From positions 1 to 51,795 of the forward strand of contig CAYITO010000002.1 of assembly GCA_964366355.1 (NCBI GenBank): a stretch of DNA of 51,795 nt, given 5' to 3'. This DNA comes from an uncultured archaeon. Lineage in GTDB: Archaea; Aenigmatarchaeota; Aenigmatarchaeia; CG10238-14; SCSR01. The notes under the pieces are model-generated. The model was given only the letters and a program-made list of their open reading frames with translations. It was not told where the DNA came from and searched no databases. The position numbers and the translations under genes are program-made. Shown piece after piece: positions 37,925 through 46,294 of this stretch; within the stretch, counting starts at the first letter, position 1, and each line of letters starts with the position of its first letter.

Positions 37925-38605
37925 ATGAAAATTAGAACCCCTCTTCTATTGCTGAATCTAAAAGTTTATGACGAGGCTATAGAAAATTATTTGGGAATAG
38001 CAAAGGTTGCAAAAAAGGTTTCTGACGACTTGGGTGTTAGTATTGCTATCGCCCCTTCACATCTGACTTTGAAAGAAGTGTCGAAGATTTTGCCAACATT
38101 TGCACAAAATATAGAGCCATTCGAACCAGGTGCGCATACTGGCAGCGTGCTTGCAGAAGAGGTGAGGAAATCTGGAGCTGTTGGTTCATTAATCAATCAT
38201 TCGGAAAAAAGATTGAATCCAACTGATGTGAAAACTTGTATTGATAGATGCAGGCAAAATGAACTCATTTCAGTTGTTTGTGTTGCCAATGTAAGCGAAG
38301 CAAAGGAATATGCAAAGTTTCATCCTGATTTTATTGCAATCGAACCACCAGAACTTATAGGGGGCAAAGTTTCTGTTTCTACGGCAAATCCTAAGATTGT
38401 AACAGATAGTGTAACCGCGGTAAAAAATGTCTCTAAGAATGTGGAGGTTCTATGCGGAGCTGGTATAAAGACTAGAGAAGATATAGAGAAAGCATTGGAG
38501 TTGGGAGTAGTTGGTGTGTTGGTTAGCTCTGGAATTGTGAAAGACAGGAATGTGGAAAATGCTATTCGTGATGCAGCTAATAGTTTGAAATCAAAGAAAT
38601 ATTAA
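37925..38605 (+). CDS. tpiA: Triosephosphate isomerase (short archaeal form)
   Basis: 226 aa: LNLKVYDE ... INHSEKRL ... IAIEPPELIGG. Confidence 0.85.
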   Translation: MKIRTPLLLLNLKVYDEAIENYLGIAKVAKKVSDDLGVSIAIAPSHLTLKEVSKILPTFAQNIEPFEPGAHTGSVLAEEVRKSGAVGSLINHSEKRLNPTDVKTCIDRCRQNELISVVCVANVSEAKEYAKFHPDFIAIEPPELIGGKVSVSTANPKIVTDSVTAVKNVSKNVEVLCGAGIKTREDIEKALELGVVGVLVSSGIVKDRNVENAIRDAANSLKSKKY

Positions 38606-38650
38606 AACTAAGTTAACGCTGCTTTATTTTTTGTTCTATAAGTGTAAAAT

Positions 38651-39283
38651 CTACCGTGGTTTCAGATTCTTATTTTCATAAGGGCATAGCTTTTCTACAG
38701 GGCAAGCATAACATTTGGGAATTGGAGCTTTGCATATTTCTCTTCCGAATTGGACTAGTAATTGATTGACTATTGCCCTATTTTTAGGAATCAGCTTATG
38801 CAGTTTTTCTCTAATAATTTCAGGCCTATCTTTTTTATAAGCCATATGCCAACGCTTAGAAATTGTAGCAACGTGCGTGTCTACAGGAATTACATCCTTC
38901 CCATATGCAAACAATAAGATGATATCACTTGTCTTCTCTCCGACTCCGGGCAGTTTCATTAAATCTTCCTTTGTTCTCGGTACTTCTCCATGATATTTTT
39001 CTACAAGCATCCTGCATGTCTTAAGGATATTTTTAGACTTTTGCCTGTAAAATCCAACCGGATATACCAATTTTTGTATCTCTTTTGGTGACAATTTTAG
39101 CATTTTCTTTGGAGTATTTGCAATTTTCAACAATCTCTCTTGGGCAGGAAATGTAGTTTCATCTTTGGTCCTATGTGAAAGCATTCCATGAATCAAAACT
39201 TCGAATGGTTCTTCTTTCCTAACTTCTACAGGATAAAGCTTATTAAGAATGCTGATTATTTTAATTAGAGTCGCCCTTTTCAT
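38651..39283 (-). CDS. nth: Endonuclease III family DNA glycosylase (HhH-GPD, [4Fe-4S])
   Basis: LPGVGEKTSDIIL ... VDTHV and a C-terminal Cys cluster (CKAPIPKCYACPVEKLC). Confidence 0.8.
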   Translation of the reverse strand: MKRATLIKIISILNKLYPVEVRKEEPFEVLIHGMLSHRTKDETTFPAQERLLKIANTPKKMLKLSPKEIQKLVYPVGFYRQKSKNILKTCRMLVEKYHGEVPRTKEDLMKLPGVGEKTSDIILLFAYGKDVIPVDTHVATISKRWHMAYKKDRPEIIREKLHKLIPKNRAIVNQLLVQFGREICKAPIPKCYACPVEKLCPYENKNLKPR

Positions 39284-39333
39284 TATTCCACTTATGCGAC
39301 TGAAAGGTATAATATATATTCCTGCCTTGTTTA

Positions 39334-39957
39334 GTGGTGAGACTATTGATTAAAGCTGTAATCTTCGATTATTATGGCGTAATGTGCCCTAGGATTGCAC
39401 CGATCCTAGCTAGAGAAACGGCCAAACAATTCAAAGTGAGCTATTCTAAAATGACGCCGAAGATGGATAAGCTGCTGGATTTGATGGATGATAGAAGCAT
39501 TAACTTTTACGAGTATTGGGATAAATTGAAAAAAATATTCAAAAACAAAAATGCAAAATTATCAGAGCACAGCAAAATCTGGAGAGATGTTTCATTGGGA
39601 TTGAACTTAAATCCAAAAATGATAGATTTGGTGATAAAACTTAGGAAATTGGGTTACAAGGTTCCTGTGCTTACAAATGTTGCCAATAAAATGGCTGATT
39701 ATAACAAGATTAAAGGAAGATACAAGATATTCAAACCTGTTTTTCTATCTTACAAAATCGGACTGAAGAAACCCTCTCCAAAAATATTTCTGCATGCAGT
39801 AAAGAAATTGAAACTGAAACCAGATGAATGCATCTTTATTGACGACAAGAAAAATTATCTTGCGGGGGCAAGAGCTGTTGGTATCAAAACTATCCTTTTT
39901 GAAAATTCCACCCAACTCAAAAAAGAATTGAAAAGATTTGGTATCAATGGTGTTTGA
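39334..39957 (+). CDS. HAD-superfamily hydrolase
   Basis: AVIFDYYGVM (motif I DxD-like) ... IFIDDKKNYLAGARAVGIKTILF (motifs III/IV). Confidence 0.6.
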   Translation: MVRLLIKAVIFDYYGVMCPRIAPILARETAKQFKVSYSKMTPKMDKLLDLMDDRSINFYEYWDKLKKIFKNKNAKLSEHSKIWRDVSLGLNLNPKMIDLVIKLRKLGYKVPVLTNVANKMADYNKIKGRYKIFKPVFLSYKIGLKKPSPKIFLHAVKKLKLKPDECIFIDDKKNYLAGARAVGIKTILFENSTQLKKELKRFGINGV

Positions 39958-42748
39958 GACTCTCAGCAAAGGATTGCAGAAAGTAATACAAAAGAGATTC
40001 AAGGAGCCCACACTCCCTCAGAAATTGGCCATTCCATCTATAGCATCTGGTTTGAATACTCTTGTGATCGCTCCCACTGGATCTGGCAAGACAGAAGCGG
40101 CGCTGCTTAAAATTTTTGACAAAATCATAACAGAAAAACCAAAGGCTATCAGCGCGCTTTATGTCACTCCCATGCGAGCGCTCAACAGGGATATGCTGGA
40201 TAGAATTCTGTGGTGGGCAAAGGAATTGGAGCTCGAGGTATCGGTCAGGCATGGCGATACATCTCCCCATGAAAGGCGATTGCATGTTGAATTTCCCCCA
40301 GACATCATGATAACAACACTGGAACAATTGCAACCGATGCTGACAGGCAAGAGGATAAGAGAGCTTCTCAGGAATGTTAAATATGTGATTCTAGATGAAG
40401 TACACGAGGCTGTGGATTCAAAGCGCGGGGTGCAACTCACAATTGCATTAGAACGGATAAGGGAGTTGTGCGGAGATTTTCAGCTGATAATGCTGTCCGC
40501 TACTGTGGCAAACCCGGAAGAGGTCGGCGCGTTCTTTTCGGGAGGTAGGGTTGTAAAATTAGTGAAAGCTGATACTGTAAAGCAAGTTGATATAAAAGTT
40601 ATAAGTCCAAGGCCCAAGCCGGAAGATAATAAGATAGCCGGCAAGATATTTTCGTCCAAGGAAACCTCGGCAAGATTGAGAACTATAATGGAGTTAATCA
40701 AAGAATCAAAAGCGACATTGGTATTTACAAATACAAGGGATTTTGCAGAAATACTTGCGAGTCGAATAAAAGCTCTTGATAAAAAGTTCCCAGTGGAAAT
40801 TCATCACAGCTCCTTGAGCAAGGAAGTAAGAATTAAGGCTGAAAAGGATTTTAAACAGGAGAAGACAAAATCCTTGATTGCAACCAGCAGCCTACAGCTC
40901 GGAATTGACATAGGAGCGGTAGATTTGGTTTTGCAGTATATGTCGCCACGCCAGGTGACGCAATTGATACAAAGGGTTGGGAGATCCGGCCATGAACTTT
41001 CCAGAATAAGCAAAGGGATTGTGATCGCAGCTGACGAAGACGATATTTTTGAATCGGCGGTCATAGCCCGAAAGGCTTTGAATAGTGAATTGGAGCCGTT
41101 GGTTTTGCATGAAAACTCGTATGACGTTTTGGCGCATCAATTGATAGGCCTGACTTTTGACTTTGGCACTGTTGAATTGGAAAAGGCTTACACAATCATA
41201 AAGCGTGCATATCCGTACAGAAACTTGACATACGCGGAATTTTTGGAAGTCTGCAAGCAGTTGGATAGATTGGGATTGATTTTTCTGAATGGCTACATAA
41301 GGAAAAAGACAAGAGGATTTAGCTATTATTTTGAAAACCTTTCAACCATACCAACATTAAAGCAGTACAGAATTTTCAACATCATCGACAACTCATTCGT
41401 CGGTGTTTTGGACGAGGAATTCATTGCACTGCACGGAGACCCAAACACCACATTCATAGTGAAAGGCCAGCCTTGGAAGATAATTACCGTAGAAGGTGAC
41501 AAGGTCATGGTCGAGCCTGTCGAGGACATAGAAGCAGCCATACCAGGATGGGAGGGTGAATTAATTTCTGTTTTATATGATGTGTCGCAGGAAGTTGGCA
41601 GGTTAAGGGGTTTGATTAAGAACATGTTGAGGAGCAAAAGTGAAAATGAAACTATCCATGAAATAATGGGCCTTTATCCTGTTGACGAGAATTGTGCAAA
41701 GGACATGTTAAAATTAGTAAAAAACCAGGCCAAGTTTGGAATTGTTCCTGACGACAAGACAATTTTGGTAGAGGATTTCGAGAATTTAGTTGTCATAAAT
41801 TCATGTTTCGGAACAAATGTCAATGAAACTCTGGGAAGGTTTATTGTTGCATTGCTGACTAGCAGGGTTGGTTCAGTCGGATTGAAAACTGACCCTTACA
41901 GAATCATGATCCAATTCCAGCAGAAGAATGTAAGCCTGATTAAAGATATTCTGTTGAACACGAAACCGGAGCATCTGCAAAGCTATCTTGAGATGAGTTT
42001 AAGCAAAAGTGAATTGTTCCAATGGAAATTTGTGCATGTGGCGAAAAGGTTCGGCGCCATATCAAGAGATGCAGAATTTGGCAAAGTTAAAATGCAGAGA
42101 ATAATCGACGATTTTGCGGGCACGCCGATATTCAAAGAAACACTGAAAGAATTGGAGACTGAGAAGCTTGACATTGAAAAGGCCATTGATATTTTGAGGG
42201 AAATACAAAACAAGGAAATTTCTGTAATCTTCAAACCTGGGTTGTCTCCAATTGGCAAAATAGGGGTGCAGCACAAATATGCAGAAGTTATAGGTCCTGA
42301 GAAGCCTGAGCGTGAGATTTTTGAATTGTTCAAGCAAAGATTGCTCAATACAAAAATTAGGTTGGTGTGCGTTAATTGCGGCAATTGGGATCAAGTTATC
42401 GCTGTAAAAGACGTCGATAATAATGTGAAATGCAAAAAATGCGATGCAAGATTGCTTGCAGTATTGAAGGAAAGGTGGACGGGCGCTACAAAAATCATCA
42501 AGAAAGTCCTGAGAAAATCGCCATTAACTCAAGAAGAACGGATGAAACATGAAAGAGCTAAACAAAGGGCAGAACTTTTCATAGTCTACAGACGCAAGGC
42601 TGCATTAGCAATGGCCGGAAGAGGAATAGGGGCAACTACCGCCAAAAGAATTTTGGGCAAATACCACAAAGATGAAGATGATTTGATGAGAGCTATTCTA
42701 CAGGCAGAAAGGATTTTTATTAAAAATAGGCGTTTCTGGAGCGTCTGA
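39938..42748 (+). CDS. Lhr-like superfamily-2 ATP-dependent helicase with a C-terminal zinc ribbon
   Basis: APTGSGKTEAAL (motif I), DEVHE (II), SAT (III), QRVGRSGH (VI). The C-terminus has CVNCGNW ... CKKCDARL. Confidence 0.75.
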   Translation: MVSMVFETLSKGLQKVIQKRFKEPTLPQKLAIPSIASGLNTLVIAPTGSGKTEAALLKIFDKIITEKPKAISALYVTPMRALNRDMLDRILWWAKELELEVSVRHGDTSPHERRLHVEFPPDIMITTLEQLQPMLTGKRIRELLRNVKYVILDEVHEAVDSKRGVQLTIALERIRELCGDFQLIMLSATVANPEEVGAFFSGGRVVKLVKADTVKQVDIKVISPRPKPEDNKIAGKIFSSKETSARLRTIMELIKESKATLVFTNTRDFAEILASRIKALDKKFPVEIHHSSLSKEVRIKAEKDFKQEKTKSLIATSSLQLGIDIGAVDLVLQYMSPRQVTQLIQRVGRSGHELSRISKGIVIAADEDDIFESAVIARKALNSELEPLVLHENSYDVLAHQLIGLTFDFGTVELEKAYTIIKRAYPYRNLTYAEFLEVCKQLDRLGLIFLNGYIRKKTRGFSYYFENLSTIPTLKQYRIFNIIDNSFVGVLDEEFIALHGDPNTTFIVKGQPWKIITVEGDKVMVEPVEDIEAAIPGWEGELISVLYDVSQEVGRLRGLIKNMLRSKSENETIHEIMGLYPVDENCAKDMLKLVKNQAKFGIVPDDKTILVEDFENLVVINSCFGTNVNETLGRFIVALLTSRVGSVGLKTDPYRIMIQFQQKNVSLIKDILLNTKPEHLQSYLEMSLSKSELFQWKFVHVAKRFGAISRDAEFGKVKMQRIIDDFAGTPIFKETLKELETEKLDIEKAIDILREIQNKEISVIFKPGLSPIGKIGVQHKYAEVIGPEKPEREIFELFKQRLLNTKIRLVCVNCGNWDQVIAVKDVDNNVKCKKCDARLLAVLKERWTGATKIIKKVLRKSPLTQEERMKHERAKQRAELFIVYRRKAALAMAGRGIGATTAKRILGKYHKDEDDLMRAILQAERIFIKNRRFWSV

Positions 42749-43195
42749 TCATCTAAGTGAATTCTCAAATTTTCTAAATTTCAAAATGGTAAAAACCAAA
42801 ACAGCTGATACTGTAGCTAAAATATAACTTCCGGCACCCGCAGCTAGTCCTATGCCCGCAACAGTCCATAAGCTGGCTGCAGTAGTTATTCCTTGCACAT
42901 GCCCTCTGCTACCAATAATGCTACCCGCACCAATGAAACCTATTCCAGTAACTATGGCTGCTGCAATTCTTGCAGGGTCTAAGCTGAATTCAAAAATTGA
43001 AATCACTGTGAACAAACATGCCCCAAGCGAAACAAGCATGTGCGTTCTTAAGCCGGCTGGTTTGTGGGACACTTGCCTTTCCCATCCAACTACTGCCCCC
43101 AACAATACAGAAAGTATCAATCTAAAAACGGGTTCGACAACAGACGATTGACCAACAAAAAATTCCGCAGTAGTACCAACCAAGTCCAGCGTCAT
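42749..43195 (-). CDS. mgtC: MgtC/SapB-family membrane protein
   Basis: RLILSVLLGAVVGWERQ ... is a typical MgtC N-terminal region. Four TM helices. Confidence 0.75.
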   Translation of the reverse strand: MTLDLVGTTAEFFVGQSSVVEPVFRLILSVLLGAVVGWERQVSHKPAGLRTHMLVSLGACLFTVISIFEFSLDPARIAAAIVTGIGFIGAGSIIGSRGHVQGITTAASLWTVAGIGLAAGAGSYILATVSAVLVFTILKFRKFENSLR

Positions 43196-43247
43196 AATAA
43201 AATTTTATTGAAGTTAGTTTAAATAAATAGCATTCGATATTTTCACT

Positions 43248-43841
43248 ATGCGCGGCAAGTTTGTCGTCATATACGGAATTAACAACATTGGAAAAACAAC
43301 TCAGGCCAAGCTTGTGGTTCAATATTTTCTAGGCAAAGGTTTGAAGGCGGATTATATGAAGTATCCGATATATGATATGAAACCTTCCGGTCCATTTTTG
43401 GATGGTGTCTTGAGAAGCGGCAAGCAGGAAATTTCCGAGGAAGAGTTGCAGATGTGGTTTACTGTTAACAGATTGCAATTCCAGCCTATTTTGAAAAAGA
43501 AACTTAATCATGAAATAAACATTGTTGCTGAGGATTACATAGGAACTGGACTGGCATGGGGCTCGGCGAAAGGTGCGGACTATAATTGGTTGAAGTCAAT
43601 TAACTCAACATTGATGAAAGAGGATATGGGGATTCTGCTTGATGGCGAAAGGTTTGTATTCGCAAAAGAAGATCGACACATTCATGAAATTGATGCGAAG
43701 CTTATGGAAAAAGTGAGAAAAAGGTTCATTGACATAGGAAGGGAATTTGACTGGCACATAGTAAATGCGAATCAGGGCAATGAAAAAGTTTTTTCAGACA
43801 TATTGTCCATCTTGCGAGAAAATAGGATTTTTGAATTTTAG
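43248..43841 (+). CDS. tmk: Thymidylate kinase-family P-loop kinase
   Basis: MRGKFVVIYGINNIGKTTQAKLV is the Tmk-like N-terminus. It has a DRH/DYIGTG region and a lid. Confidence 0.6.
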   Translation: MRGKFVVIYGINNIGKTTQAKLVVQYFLGKGLKADYMKYPIYDMKPSGPFLDGVLRSGKQEISEEELQMWFTVNRLQFQPILKKKLNHEINIVAEDYIGTGLAWGSAKGADYNWLKSINSTLMKEDMGILLDGERFVFAKEDRHIHEIDAKLMEKVRKRFIDIGREFDWHIVNANQGNEKVFSDILSILRENRIFEF

Positions 43842-43885
43842 GATAATATAATTCCTTTGTTGATGTAGTGAAAAGTTTATATTAA

Positions 43886-43901
43886 TGTGATACGTATCAC
43901 A
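43886..43901. promoter_or_regulatory. 16-bp perfect palindrome tgtgatacgtatcaca between a TATA-like box (tttatatta, about 43876) and the ATG at 43906
   Basis: Read directly. The palindrome ends 4 nt before the start codon, implying a leaderless mRNA with an operator over the TSS. Confidence 0.6.
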
Positions 43902-43905
43902 TAGT

Positions 43906-44115
43906 ATGAAAGAGTTTGTCTTGCTTTTTGACATACCTAGAGAAGAGCACAAAGTTGAAGTTAAAGCTTGGAGAGATTTGCACAGAATGGGTGCTAGGAT
44001 GATACAACATTCAGTTTGGAAGTCAGATAAACTTCAAAATTTGATAGATGTAGCGATATTCATTAAAAAATCCGGCGGTATGGCAAGAATCCTAGAAGAA
44101 AGGTTTGTATTTTGA
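43906..44115 (+). CDS. Small Cas2-like protein, solitary (no cas1 and no CRISPR array in the window)
   Basis: FVLLFDIPREEHKVEVKAWRDLHRMGARMIQHSVWKSD parallels the Cas2 N-terminus (hhhhYDI ... RR.KV.K.L...G.RvQ.SVFEC). 69 aa, shorter than typical Cas2. Family assignment is tentative. Confidence 0.4.
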   Translation: MKEFVLLFDIPREEHKVEVKAWRDLHRMGARMIQHSVWKSDKLQNLIDVAIFIKKSGGMARILEERFVF

Positions 44116-44213
44116 TGGGTCTGCCCGGATTCGAACCGGGGTTTACGCGATTTTGAAAGTTTCGTCAACGCGCCGTCCTTTGCGGATTTTTTAAACCGCT
44201 AGACTACAAACCC
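44116..44213 (-). tRNA. tRNA-Val (anticodon GAC) with a 12-nt intron at 37/38 and a possible second insertion in the D-loop
   Basis: Minus-strand sequence GGGTTTG TA GTCT [AGCGGTTTAAAAAATCCGCAAA] GGAC G GCGCG TTGACG[AAACTTTCAAAA]T CGCGT AAAC CCCGG TTCGAAT CCGGG CAGACCC A. The acceptor and T arms are perfect. U33 and purine-37 are present. Confidence 0.65.
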
Positions 44214-44249
44214 ATTAATCAAATTAATATAAATAGTTTAAATAATTAT

Positions 44250-44966
44250 ATGGATTTTTTCAGCCATCTGGATTTGCCCCATGTAAAGTACGCATTCTAT
44301 GACCTATTATTGAACAACAAGGGAATTGCAGAAGACATACAAAAAGAAATAAAACCGTTATCGGCACAGAATTTGTTGGTAATAGGAAATGTGGGAGTGG
44401 CTAGGGAGTTGATGAATAAAGGGTTTTTTGTGACAATCTTTGCCATGTCAGATGAGATGAAGAATTATGCGAGAAAGCAGTTGCCAACTGCGAATGTAAT
44501 TGTTGGGGATGTCAAAAATTCTAATTTTAGGGAAAAATTCGATTCAATAATTTGTTTGGGAGATACTTTATCCCACATTGTAGATGATAGAGATGTTCAT
44601 ATGGCATTGGCAAATTTTCATAAGATGCTGAAATATGGCGGTGTAATTTTGCTTGAAAATTTGACAGCATCAAAAGTTTTGGAGAATACCAGTGAAAATA
44701 TCATAACTAAGGTTGAAAACAACGATGTTAAAATTAAAAGGACTTCTTCGCTGAAGATTGTGGGCGAGAAGCCACCAACTGCACTTTGGAAAGTTACCTA
44801 TGAATTGATGCAGAATGGTCAGAGAAATATTTATGAAGAAAATTTTAGGATAAGAGGTTTTACTGAAAATGAAATCGAGAGATTTTTGAAAGCAACAAAT
44901 TTTGAATTGGTAAAGTTCTTGACCAGCCAAAAGGGCAATAATTTTGTGACTATTGCTAGAAAATAA
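44250..44966 (+). CDS. Class I SAM-dependent methyltransferase
   Basis: LLVIGNVGVARELMNKG (motif I) ... IICLGDTLSHI. Confidence 0.65.
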   Translation: MDFFSHLDLPHVKYAFYDLLLNNKGIAEDIQKEIKPLSAQNLLVIGNVGVARELMNKGFFVTIFAMSDEMKNYARKQLPTANVIVGDVKNSNFREKFDSIICLGDTLSHIVDDRDVHMALANFHKMLKYGGVILLENLTASKVLENTSENIITKVENNDVKIKRTSSLKIVGEKPPTALWKVTYELMQNGQRNIYEENFRIRGFTENEIERFLKATNFELVKFLTSQKGNNFVTIARK

Positions 44967-44977
44967 AATTATTTTAT

Positions 44978-45601
44978 TTAAATGCCATCCGCGTCTAATT
45001 CTCCGAAAAGTTCTCTAAAGGCAGGTGGAATTTCAATTTTCTTTCTTGGTTCCATTTTTAAAACTTGAACTATTTCATCAACAGTGCTGACATCTTCGGG
45101 TTTCGTATCGAGAAATAATCCTACAAAGGCTGTATCCTCAGCTTGCGTACTATCATAACCCATAATTAAATAAGGTGTTTGCTCCAAGCCAGATTGTCTC
45201 TCTAAAAGACCTACGCCACCTCCTGTGTACAACTTAGTTTTGACAACTACACATCCCAATGATCTATTTTCAATTCTAAGTTGAATACTACTTAATCCAT
45301 ACCCATCTGAACGTAAGCTGTCTGCTAAATTTTCCGCTTTACCAACATCGTATCCTTCTGCTCGCCTACCAAAGACCACTGCAGTTAATTTAGAAGGCAA
45401 CCAATCAATTGAGGCAATACCAAACAAATTGTAACCATATTTATCTGCAACTTCTGTAAGAATAGAGTAACTCTGTTGTGATCCACTATTTTCTATAACT
45501 GCTCTATTAGCACGTAAGTCATTCAAAACTTGAAGAACACTAATTCCTTCATACATAATAATGACATTATTTATCGTTGAATATTTTAAAGTTGAGCTCA
45601 A
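44978..45601 (-). CDS. Hypothetical protein (no recognised family)
   Basis: 207 aa ORF with ordinary codon usage. It overlaps the start of the downstream methyltransferase gene by 4 bp. Confidence 0.4.
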   Translation of the reverse strand: MSSTLKYSTINNVIIMYEGISVLQVLNDLRANRAVIENSGSQQSYSILTEVADKYGYNLFGIASIDWLPSKLTAVVFGRRAEGYDVGKAENLADSLRSDGYGLSSIQLRIENRSLGCVVVKTKLYTGGGVGLLERQSGLEQTPYLIMGYDSTQAEDTAFVGLFLDTKPEDVSTVDEIVQVLKMEPRKKIEIPPAFRELFGELDADGI

Positions 45602-46113
45602 GTTATCTTATACAAATAAGTATAAAAATGGCCTGTTTTAATTTTACTAACTTCATTCCAACCTTTGAAGATATGAGATGCAGAAATTATTCTAGTACCT
45701 TTTTTTAATTCCCTCTTCAGTTTTGGCTTCAACTTTTCGTTCAATCTTGGAGTAAGATATATGATAACAACGCTAGCTCCGGACAAATTTTGCTTGAACA
45801 AATCACCTTTGATTAAATTCACTTTATTGGAAACATTGTGTTTTTTAACATTCCATTTAGACAGTTCATGAAGCAAAAAATTTTTCTCTATTCCAACGCA
45901 TCTAGCCCCATACTCCTTAGCTGCTGCAATGAGCACTCTGCCATCACCAGAACCTAGATCGTATACAACATCATTTTTCTTGACTTTGGCCAATTTCAAA
46001 ATTTTTCTAACAGTTTCCATAGGCAGTGGCACGAAAAACCCCGATTGTGTGGCGATGGAAATTATCCCCAAAACCAGCGGTATTTCAAAGAGCAACAGCC
46101 ATTCATTTGCCAT
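45598..46113 (-). CDS. Membrane-anchored class I SAM-dependent methyltransferase
   Basis: N-terminal TM helix, then VYDLGSGDGRVLIAAA (motif I) ... VVIIYL. Confidence 0.65.
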   Translation of the reverse strand: MANEWLLLFEIPLVLGIISIATQSGFFVPLPMETVRKILKLAKVKKNDVVYDLGSGDGRVLIAAAKEYGARCVGIEKNFLLHELSKWNVKKHNVSNKVNLIKGDLFKQNLSGASVVIIYLTPRLNEKLKPKLKRELKKGTRIISASHIFKGWNEVSKIKTGHFYTYLYKIT

Positions 46114-46148
46114 TTAATAATATTCTATTTTCTAGAATTTAGAAGCAG

Positions 46149-46245
46149 CGCCTAGGGCGAGATTTGAACTCGCAAGGTCTTTCGACCGCTGGTTACTCGC
46201 CAAAGGATAGCAAACCAGTGCCATACCAGGTTAGGCGACCTAGGC
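46149..46245 (-). tRNA. tRNA-Ser (anticodon GCU), class II with a long variable arm and a 13-nt intron at 37/38
   Basis: Minus strand: GCCTAGG TC GCC TAACCTGGTAT GGC A CTGGT TTGCTA[TCCTTTGGCGAGT]A ACCAG CGGTCGAAAGACCTT GCGAG TTCAAAT CTCGC CCTAGGC G. All stems are perfect and the total is 97 nt. Confidence 0.85.
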
Positions 46246-46294
46246 ATCAATTAATAATCTAAACCCTTATATATTTGATTTTGTTTTTTATAAT

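Noticed and set aside
43842-44250. A CRISPR array or cas operon next to the Cas2-like ORF.
   Set aside because: No direct-repeat/spacer periodicity is visible anywhere in the window. No Cas1-sized ORF is adjacent. The neighbours are tmk and a tRNA.
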